Origin: an uncultured Acidimicrobiaceae bacterium
GTDB taxonomy: Bacteria; Actinomycetota; Acidimicrobiia; Acidimicrobiales; RAAP-2
NCBI GenBank assembly: GCA_963807675.1
Contig: CAWECP010000009.1
Span: 2,030 to 66,029, forward strand
Direction of reading: 5' to 3'
Length of the DNA: 64,000 bases
In this document: positions 1 through 7,306 of the stretch, one piece after another
Layout of the letters: the number at the start of each line of letters is the position of its first letter
How positions within the stretch are numbered: the stretch's first letter is position 1
Notes under the pieces: model-generated
Database searches by the model: none
What the model saw: the letters and a program-made list of their open reading frames with translations, nothing else
Told to the model about the DNA's origin: nothing
Translations under genes and position numbers: made by a program

Positions 1-1139
1 TCGCGTTGGCGCCAGAGGTCGGCGTCGACCACGAAGTGCGTCATGACCAGTCCCAGGTAGACGCCGAAGAGGCCGCGCAGCGCCGCGCCCGCACCGTGCA
101 GGTGTGAGGTCACGCCCAGCAGCAGTGCGCCGGCGAGCGCCATCGTGCAGAGCCACGCCACGTGTGCCGGCGTGCGGTCGCGGCCCGGAGCCCCCAGGGC
201 GACGAGTCCCGTCAACAGCAGGTACTGCAGCCCGTGGGCATCGTCATCCCTGCCACCGCCGCCCACGGTGAGGCGAAGAGGAAGATCGGCAGCGGGAAGA
301 GGAGCGCCAGCGCATACAGGGCGCCGACCCGCGCCACCCATCGTGGCGGTGCCGCATGCTCCACGAGAAGGCTCCGCACGACACCGCGACGCCGTAGCCG
401 ACGCCGGCCGCCGCGAAGGCGGGGCCGAGCACGGGCCGCACGTCGAGCTGGAGCAGCGCCGGGTGCGCCATCAGCCCGGCGATGCCGAAGACACCCGCCG
501 CGGTGATGCCCCGCCGCTCACGGCGGGTGAGGCCGGCGACTCGGCTGACGACGCCGCGAGCGCGACCAGTCCGAGGTTCTGCTTCTGGAAGTGGTGGAAC
601 TGCCAGGCGAAGAACGGCAGGAGGAGCCAGGCCAGGGCGTGGGGGCTGAGGAGCACTGCGGCGGCAGTTCCGCACGCGATCACGGCGGCGGGGGCGCAGA
701 GGTAGCGAGCGGGCCGGCCGCGGGCGTGCCGGCGGACCGAGGGCACGGTGAAGAGGCAGGCGGTCGACGCCACGTGGACGGATGAGCCGACGAAGAGGAA
801 GCAGGCCAGCACCGTCGCCGGCGCCGCCGCACCCGTGGGGGCCATCAGCGAGCCCCCGCCAGTGCGCCCACGGTGAGCGCGATCGTCGCCCCGGCCCAGA
901 TGGCCGCCGGCTGTCGGTGCGCCGGCCGCGCACCCACGACACCCGGGTCAGCCACCGCCGCAGCCCCCGGCCGCCCCGGCGGACGGGACGACGTGCAGGG
1001 CGATGAACACCACGACGGCGGCGATGCCGACCAGCACCCAGGACCACAGGAAGATCCTGCGGGCCAGCCCGCGGCCGCGGCGCCATGCGTGGCGCGTCGT
1101 CTCGTGCCAGGGCGATGCCTCGTCGTGGTCCATGGCCAT
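1..1139 (-). pseudogene. polytopic His-motif membrane protein, readable only across several frames; 3' end runs off window
   Basis: Starts at ATG 1139 (MAMDHDEASPWHE...FLWSWVLVGIAAVVVFIAL). Hydrophobic blocks continue in other frames, with motifs FFAWQFHHFQKQNLG, AHGLQYLLLTG and THFVVDADLWRQR. At least 5 frame switches; family not recognised. Confidence 0.4.
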
Positions 1140-1144
1140 CGTTA

Positions 1145-1178
1145 TATATCGGCAACCGATATACTGTCAACCGATACA
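1145..1178. promoter_or_regulatory. candidate operator: inverted repeat TATATCGG-caa-CCGATATA plus a third half-site CCGATACA
   Basis: Perfect 8-3-8 palindrome at 1145-1163. CAACCGATA is repeated 15 nt downstream (1168-1176). Lies directly upstream of the start at 1139, in an A/T-rich spacer. Confidence 0.35.
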
Positions 1179-1212
1179 TCGTCAGCCGGTCTAATTCGCC
1201 GGACAGAGCCGC

Positions 1213-1953
1213 CTACCGCGCCGGTCCCTTCTCGTAGACGACGACCTGCTGCACGCTCTCGGACGTGAACGGCTGGCGGTGCCAGCCGGCCCACCGGTCA
1301 CGCAGGCGCAGTCCGGCCAGCCTCGCCATCAGGTCGAGCTCGGACGGCCAGACGTAGCGGTACGGGGCGGCGTGATGGACCAGGCGGCCACCGACCTGCA
1401 TCCAGTGGTGGGACCACGACACCTGTCCGACCATGTCGTCGAAGGTCTCGACCCCGACGTGGTCCGGCTCGAGCGTGAAGGCTCGGCCGAGCTGGCCCGG
1501 AGCAACGCCGCGGAGCTGGGGGACGAGGACCTCGAGGACGAAACACCCCCCTGGGCCGAGATGGTCGGCGGCGTTGGCGAAGACGGCCGCCTGCTCGTCC
1601 TGGGTCGTCACGTTCATGATGCTGTTCCAGAGCAGGTAGACGAGCGTGAACCTGCCGGCCGCCCGCGTCGTGGTCATGTCGCCCAGGGTCACGGGAACGG
1701 CGTCGGCCCCCGGCTTGGCCCGGAGCTGCTCGGCCATGTGAGGCGAGAGCTCTATGCCTTCGACGCGCACGCCGCGATCGCTCAGTGGCAACGCCACGCG
1801 GCCTGTGCCGACGGCGAGCTCGAGCGCCGGTCCGCCGCCCGCCAGCTCGGCCAGCAGGTCGACCGTCGGGTTCAGGACCTCGGGCGCGAACATGACCGCC
1901 GACGACTCGTCGTAGGCCTCGGCGATCTCCTTGCCCCACGTGTGCGACGCCAT
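1213..1953 (-). CDS. class I SAM-dependent methyltransferase
   Basis: 246 aa ORF with motif I LELAVGTGRVALPLS followed by VEGIELSPHM. Confidence 0.8.
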   Translation of the reverse strand: MASHTWGKEIAEAYDESSAVMFAPEVLNPTVDLLAELAGGGPALELAVGTGRVALPLSDRGVRVEGIELSPHMAEQLRAKPGADAVPVTLGDMTTTRAAGRFTLVYLLWNSIMNVTTQDEQAAVFANAADHLGPGGCFVLEVLVPQLRGVAPGQLGRAFTLEPDHVGVETFDDMVGQVSWSHHWMQVGGRLVHHAAPYRYVWPSELDLMARLAGLRLRDRWAGWHRQPFTSESVQQVVVYEKGPAR

Positions 1954-2048
1954 GCAGCTCTCCCAGACGACACCGAGAAGTCAGAGCCCTGTAGCCATAA
2001 GGATTACAGGTGTCTACGTGGCCGGCCCCACGGCGCCGCCCGCCGGGC

Positions 2049-2732
2049 TCACCCCCGCCCGAGGAACCGCACCAGCTCGCCGATCCGGTTGCTCACCACG
2101 GCGTCCACGCCGGCCTCCACCACGCGGGCCATCTCCTCCTCCTCGTCGACCGTCCAGCAGGACACCAGCAGCCCCGCCGTGTGCACGGCGGCCACCCCCT
2201 CGGCGGTGACCAGCCCTGACCACGGGTTCCAGCACTCCGCCCCGAGCTCGGCCAGCAGGGCCAGGGGTGGCTCCGTGCCCTCGGTCCACGTCAGTCCGAT
2301 GCGGGCCCGCGCGGACAGCCCGCGGAGGAGCTGCAGCGCCGGCACGTTGCCCGTCACGAATTGCGCCCGCGCCAGGGCCCCGGCCGCCCGCACCGCCGAG
2401 AGCGCGCCCTCCACCACCTCGCGGCGGGTGAAGTCGACCATCAGTGGCAGCTCCACCGCCGCCAGCACATGGCCCAGCGTGGGGATGCGCTCGCCACCCT
2501 GTCCGAGCGCCGTCACCTCGTCCGCGTCGAGATCGCCGACGGAGGCGTCGAGGCCCCACAGGCGCTCGAGCGTCTGGTCGTGCAGCACCACGATTGCGCC
2601 GTCGCGCGTCCGGCGCAGGTCCAGCTCCACCCAGTCCGCCCCGGCCGCGGCAGCCGCCGCGAACGACGGCAGCGTGTTCTCGCGTGCCGCCGACGGGTCG
2701 CCCCGGTGCGCAATGGCGGTCACGGCCCGCAC
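2049..2732 (-). CDS. glycerophosphodiester phosphodiesterase (GDPD family)
   Basis: AIAHRGDPSAARENTLPSFAAAAAAGADWVELDLRRTRDGAIVVLHD is a GDPD signature. The maximal ORF reaches 2813 but would overlap the upstream gene, so the GTG at 2732 or 2723 is more likely. Confidence 0.8.
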   Translation of the reverse strand: MRAVTAIAHRGDPSAARENTLPSFAAAAAAGADWVELDLRRTRDGAIVVLHDQTLERLWGLDASVGDLDADEVTALGQGGERIPTLGHVLAAVELPLMVDFTRREVVEGALSAVRAAGALARAQFVTGNVPALQLLRGLSARARIGLTWTEGTEPPLALLAELGAECWNPWSGLVTAEGVAAVHTAGLLVSCWTVDEEEEMARVVEAGVDAVVSNRIGELVRFLGRG

Positions 2733-2748
2733 CGGTAGGACGGCGCTG

Positions 2749-4365
2749 CTACGAGGAGCCGGCGTACACCGCGCCCGCCACGTTGGCGATCTGCTGGTTG
2801 AGCGCCGGCTCAATGAGGTTGTCCACCGCCGCCTGGGTGATGTGCACGCCGTCGGCGGTCCGGGCCTGGATCCCGTCCACCGTCGAGGCGTACTGGCCGT
2901 TGGGGTCGAGGACGGTGAAGAGGTCGTCGATCGACACGTAGGGGTACTTGGCGGCCACCGACTCGACGATCTGGTTGTAGGCGGCGACGAGGTTGAACGG
3001 CGTCCCGTCGTCGAAGTAGGGCGAGGTGGACACGATCACCGCCCCGCCGTCGGAGTGGGCGATCTGCACCGCCTCCTCGAGGTTCGACTCAATGTACGCC
3101 GAGTAGTCGGCGTCGGCCAGCGTGCTGTAGCTCCCGTCGAAGAGGCGGTCCTGGGTCTCCCAGTACCCGGTCTGGATGACCGTCACGTCGGGATGGAAGC
3201 GCGAGACCACCCACTGCAGCTGCTCGTACCACAGGGCGCACGCGGGCGGGCTGACGTAGAGGGCGCCCGGGTCGCTCCAGGAGATTGTCGGCGCCCCGTT
3301 GGTGAAGCCGCAGCCGGCGGCCGCGCCGTCGTCGATCGTGTAGGGCGGGCCCGTCTGCAGGATGTATTCGCCCTCGTAGAGGGACAACGAGTCACCCGAG
3401 AAGGCCACCCGCAGCCCGCCCTGGTGTGTGGCCTGGGGCCCCGGCACCTCGTTGATGATGCTGACCACCGCGGGAATGGGATTGGAAAATGGTTTCGGGA
3501 ACAGCGGCGGGTGGAGAGGCGACTGCGCGCTCCCCGAGAAGACCGCGTCGCCGAAGGTGAACACGCCGGCGTCGGAGGCCACCAGCCAGTAGCCGTGGCC
3601 GTCCGGCGTCGGCGCCATGCCGACGATGGGCTTGTCCAGCGCCAGCGAGCCCGTCGAGCCGAAGAAGCCGGCGTCGCCGTAGTCGAAGATGCCCCCGTCC
3701 GACGCCACCAGCCAGTAGCCGTTGCCGTCGCTGGTCGCCGCCATGCCGACGATGGGCTGGTTGAGCCTGATGCTGCCGGTCGAACCCCAGAACTGCGCGT
3801 CGCCGTAGGTGAAGATCCCGCCGTCGGAGCCGACCAGCCAGTACCCCTTTCCGTCGGGCGTGGCCGCCATGCCGACGATGGGCGCGTTGAGCGCCTGGCC
3901 GCCGCGCGAGCCGAAGAAGCCGGCGTCGCCGAAGTCGAAGATGCCCCCGTCGGAGGCCACCAGCCAGTACCCGCCACCGTCGGGGCTGGCCGCCATGCCG
4001 ACGATCGGCGCGTTGAGCGGCGTACCGCCCATGGAGCCGTAGAAGCCGGCGTTCCCGAAGTTGAAGATGCCCCCGTCGGACGCCACCATCCAGTACCCGC
4101 CCGCCGGGTCGGCCGCACCGCCCACGACCGGTCGCTGCAGTGACACCTCCAAGGTGTCGCCGTAGTACCCGGCGCCGCCGAAGGTCATGATCCCCCCGGC
4201 CGAGTCGATCAGGCCGTACGACGAGTCGGTGGCCGCCGGGGGCTGCGCGCCCGCCTGGGCGCCCGCCCGCGCGCCGTGCCCGGGCCCGATCCCGCCAGGA
4301 CCAGCACGCTGGCCGCCAGGAGCGCTGCCATGCCCAGGGCGGCCCGGTGGGCTCGCCCTGTCCAC
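2749..4365 (-). CDS. secreted 6-repeat (propeller-like) + SGNH/GDSL hydrolase protein, copy A; signal-anchor out of frame
   Basis: Six repeats of about 42 aa (GYWLVASDGGIFxFGDAxFxGS...LNxPIVGMA). C-terminal SGNH blocks FSGDSLS and DGVHIT. The hydrophobic leader MAALLAASVLVLAGSGPG (ATG 4331) is in a different frame from the mature part. Confidence 0.6.
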   Translation of the reverse strand: MDRASPPGRPGHGSAPGGQRAGPGGIGPGHGARAGAQAGAQPPAATDSSYGLIDSAGGIMTFGGAGYYGDTLEVSLQRPVVGGAADPAGGYWMVASDGGIFNFGNAGFYGSMGGTPLNAPIVGMAASPDGGGYWLVASDGGIFDFGDAGFFGSRGGQALNAPIVGMAATPDGKGYWLVGSDGGIFTYGDAQFWGSTGSIRLNQPIVGMAATSDGNGYWLVASDGGIFDYGDAGFFGSTGSLALDKPIVGMAPTPDGHGYWLVASDAGVFTFGDAVFSGSAQSPLHPPLFPKPFSNPIPAVVSIINEVPGPQATHQGGLRVAFSGDSLSLYEGEYILQTGPPYTIDDGAAAGCGFTNGAPTISWSDPGALYVSPPACALWYEQLQWVVSRFHPDVTVIQTGYWETQDRLFDGSYSTLADADYSAYIESNLEEAVQIAHSDGGAVIVSTSPYFDDGTPFNLVAAYNQIVESVAAKYPYVSIDDLFTVLDPNGQYASTVDGIQARTADGVHITQAAVDNLIEPALNQQIANVAGAVYAGSS

Positions 4366-4517
4366 GTCCCCGGACTCAGCATGGACCCAGGATCATACGG
4401 AACACGGGGGGGCCGCGTCTCCGCGCCCCCACTCGAGGGGGACTCGGCCGCGCGCCGTGTCCGCCGCTCCGTTGCACGTTGGGCGGCGGAGCGGGCGGCA
4501 TCGGTGCCCGTCTCCGC

Positions 4518-6170
4518 CTACGAGGAGCCGGCGTACACCGCGCCCGCCACGTTGGCGATCTGCTGATTGAGCGCCGGCTCAATGAGGTCGTCCACCGCCG
4601 CCTGGGTGATGTGCACGCCGTCGGCGGACCGGGCCTGGATCCCGTCCACCGTCGAGGCGTACTGGCCGTTGGGGTCGAGCACCGAGTAGACGTCGTCGAT
4701 CGACACGTAGGGGTACTTGGCGGCCACCGACTCGACGATCTGGTTGTAGGCGTCGACCAGGTCGTTCGGTGTGCCGTCGGCGAAGTAGGGCGACGTCGAA
4801 ATGATGACGGCGCCGCCGTCGGAGTGGGCGATCTGCACCGCCTCCTCGAGGTTGGACTCAATGTACGCCGAGTAGTCGGCGTCGGCCAGCGTGCTGTAGC
4901 TCCCGTCGAAGAGGCGGTCCTGGGTCTCCCAGTACCCGGTCTGGAACACCGTGACGTCCGGGTGGAAGCGCGAGACCACCCATTGCAGCTGCTCGTACCA
5001 CAGGGCGCAGGCCGGTTGGCTCAGGTAGATGTCGGTCGGGGGGTGGCCCCAGGGGATGGACGGCGCACCGTTCGTGTAGCCACACCCCGCCTCGGCCCCG
5101 TCCTCGACCCAATAGGGCGGAATGCTCTTGGCCACGTAGTAGCCCTCGTAGAGCGACAACGAGTCGCCCGAGAAGGCGACCCGCAGCCCGCCCTGGTGTG
5201 TGGCCTGGGGCCCCGGCACCTCGTTGATGATCGCCACCTCCGGGGCGATCGGGGCCGACAGTTCGGACGGGTACAGGGGTGGGTGCTCCGGCGACTGCGC
5301 GCTCCCCGAGAAGACGGCGTCGCCGAAGGTGAACACGCCGGCGTCGGAGGCCACCAGCCAGTAGCCGTGGCCGTCCGGCGTCGGCGCCATGCCGACGATG
5401 GGCTTGTCCAGCGCCAGCGAGCCCGTCGAACCGAAGAAGCCGGCGTCGCCGTAGTCGAAGATGCCCCCGTCCGACGCCACCAGCCAGTAGCCGTTGCCGT
5501 CGCTGGTCGCCGCCATGCCGACGATGGGCTGGTTGAGCCTGATGCTGCCGGTCGAACCCCAGAACTGCGCGTCGCCGTAGGTGAAGATCCCGCCGTCGGA
5601 GCCGACCAGCCAGTACCCGTGTCCGTCGGGCGTGGCCGCCATGCCGACGATGGGCGCGTTGAGCGCCTGGCCGCCGCGCGAGCCGAAGAAGCCGGCGTCG
5701 CCGAAGTCGAAGATGCCCCCGTCGGAGGCCACCAGCCAGTACCCGCCACCGTCGGGGCTGGCCGCCATGCCGACGATCGGCGCGTTGAGCGGCGTACCGC
5801 CCATGGAGCCGTAGAAGCCGGCGTTCCCGAAGTTGAAGATGCCCCCGTCGGACGCCACCATCCAGTACCCGCCCGCCGGGTCGGCCGCACCGCCCACGAC
5901 CGGTCGCTGCAGTGACACCTCCAAGGTGTCGCCGTAGTACCCGGCGCCGCCGAAGGTCATGATCCCCCCGGCCGAGTCGATCAGGCCGTACGACGAGTCG
6001 GTGGCCGCCGGGGGCTGCGCGCCCGCCTGCGCACCCGCCCGAGCCGTCCCGGCGCGCCCGCCCCCTACGTCGGCGACGACCACCAGGAGCGCTCCGGCCA
6101 ACAGGGTGGCCATAGCCACTACGGCGGCGCGAGCGGCCCACCGCCTCCAGCTGACCGCGCCGCCCGTCAT
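4518..6170 (-). CDS. secreted 6-repeat (propeller-like) + SGNH/GDSL hydrolase protein, copy B (intact)
   Basis: 550 aa with N-terminal anchor AARAAVVAMATLLAGALLVVV. Same repeat and SGNH architecture as copy A. Confidence 0.75.
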   Translation of the reverse strand: MTGGAVSWRRWAARAAVVAMATLLAGALLVVVADVGGGRAGTARAGAQAGAQPPAATDSSYGLIDSAGGIMTFGGAGYYGDTLEVSLQRPVVGGAADPAGGYWMVASDGGIFNFGNAGFYGSMGGTPLNAPIVGMAASPDGGGYWLVASDGGIFDFGDAGFFGSRGGQALNAPIVGMAATPDGHGYWLVGSDGGIFTYGDAQFWGSTGSIRLNQPIVGMAATSDGNGYWLVASDGGIFDYGDAGFFGSTGSLALDKPIVGMAPTPDGHGYWLVASDAGVFTFGDAVFSGSAQSPEHPPLYPSELSAPIAPEVAIINEVPGPQATHQGGLRVAFSGDSLSLYEGYYVAKSIPPYWVEDGAEAGCGYTNGAPSIPWGHPPTDIYLSQPACALWYEQLQWVVSRFHPDVTVFQTGYWETQDRLFDGSYSTLADADYSAYIESNLEEAVQIAHSDGGAVIISTSPYFADGTPNDLVDAYNQIVESVAAKYPYVSIDDVYSVLDPNGQYASTVDGIQARSADGVHITQAAVDDLIEPALNQQIANVAGAVYAGSS

Positions 6171-6218
6171 GAGGGCACGATTGTAGGGACCGCGGCACGT
6201 GCCGGTCGCGCGGCCCCG

Positions 6219-7262
6219 CTAGAGCAGACGCAACTGCGGGTCCTCTCGGTCGCGCCCGTCCCCACCCGCGGTTTGGCCCACCCCTGGCCGCACCGGCGTT
6301 GCCGCCCGGTAGCGGTCCGGCCCCGTCACGCCACAGCGCCGCGCCGCGGCGCGGACCACGTCCTGCACCCGCTCCCGCTCGTCGTCCGCTTGATACGCCC
6401 CTCGCGGGAAGCGCGCCCGGTGCAGCGCCATCAGGTCCGGGCGCTCGGACGCCAGCCAGCCCAGGTAGTGCTGGCGCAGCGGGCCCCGCAGGTGCAGCGC
6501 CACCCCCGAAACGGACACCGCCCCGGCGTCCGCGCAGGCCTCGACCACCTCGCGCAGCTGCGCCTCGCCGTCCGAGAGCCCCGGCAACACCGGGGCCACC
6601 AGCACCCCACACGGGATGCCCAGCGCGGTCAGCCGCCGCAGCGCCTCGACCCGCCGGTCCGGCGGGGGAGTACCCGGCTCGGTCAGCTTCCAGACGCGCC
6701 GGTCCAACGTCCCGATGGAGAAGGACACGGCCACCTCGGTGCGCTGGGCCGCCGCCGCCAGCGCGGCGCCGTCGCGCAGGATGAGCGTCGACTTGGTCAG
6801 GATGGAGAACGGGTTGCGTGCCCGCGACAGGGTTTCGACAATGCCCCGGGTCAAGTGGTACTTGCCCTCGGCGTGCTGGTAGGGGTCGGTGTTGGTCCCC
6901 ATGGCGATGTGGTCGCCCCGCCAGCGGGGCGAGCGCAGCTCCGCCTGCAGCCGCTCCACCGCGTTCACCTTGACCACGATTTTGCGCTCGAAGTCCGTCC
7001 CGATCCCGAGCCCGAGGTAGTCGTGGGTGGGCCGGGCGAAGCAGTACACGCAGGCGTGGCTGCACCCTCGATACGCGTTGATGGTGTGCCGGAAGGGCAT
7101 CAGGCTCTCCGGCGGCACCGTGTTGATGATGGTGCGGGCGTTGACGTGGAGGAACTCCAGCCCGGCGTAGGCGCCCCGGCCGACATGGCGCTCGGCCACC
7201 CGCTCGTCGGGGAAGAGCGTGCCCCCCTCCTCGCTCTCCGCTGTCGTCCACCGGAGTGCCAT
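6219..7262 (-). CDS. radical SAM protein (SplB-like / Rv2578c-type)
   Basis: CSHACVYCF is a CxxxCxxC radical-SAM motif. The maximal ORF starts at 7298 but would contain the SOS box, so the second ATG at 7262 is preferred. Confidence 0.8.
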   Translation of the reverse strand: MALRWTTAESEEGGTLFPDERVAERHVGRGAYAGLEFLHVNARTIINTVPPESLMPFRHTINAYRGCSHACVYCFARPTHDYLGLGIGTDFERKIVVKVNAVERLQAELRSPRWRGDHIAMGTNTDPYQHAEGKYHLTRGIVETLSRARNPFSILTKSTLILRDGAALAAAAQRTEVAVSFSIGTLDRRVWKLTEPGTPPPDRRVEALRRLTALGIPCGVLVAPVLPGLSDGEAQLREVVEACADAGAVSVSGVALHLRGPLRQHYLGWLASERPDLMALHRARFPRGAYQADDERERVQDVVRAAARRCGVTGPDRYRAATPVRPGVGQTAGGDGRDREDPQLRLL

Positions 7263-7276
7263 CTGGTCTACGATAG

Positions 7277-7290
7277 CGAACGTGTGTTCG
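7277..7290. promoter_or_regulatory. LexA (SOS) box CGAAC-gtgt-GTTCG
   Basis: Perfect match to the actinobacterial SOS consensus TCGAAC-N4-GTTCGA core. Lies between the divergent radical-SAM gene and ftsK. Confidence 0.7.
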
Positions 7291-7306
7291 TAATTCAACG
7301 GGCCGG

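Larger units (their letters stand above)
2749..6170 (-). repeat. tandem gene duplication, copy offset 1769 nt
   Basis: Both copies start with the identical string ctacgaggagccggcgtacaccgcgcccgccacgttggcgatctgctg (2749 and 4518). Near-identical DNA across the repeat-domain region (about 3520-4250 vs 5290-6020). Confidence 0.9.

Noticed and set aside
1279-4143. 954-aa plus-strand ORF (and its twin 4347-5915) covering the methyltransferase, GDPD and propeller-SGNH genes
   Set aside because: Antisense to genes with clear family motifs. The composition is Arg/Gly/Ala/Pro-rich and low-complexity, typical of stop-free antisense frames in very GC-rich DNA.
3500-4250. Regular 126-nt periodic DNA repeats (also 5290-6020) that could be mistaken for a repeat array or CRISPR
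   Set aside because: The period equals the 42-aa protein repeat of the propeller-like domain. There are no unique spacers. The repeats are coding and in frame.
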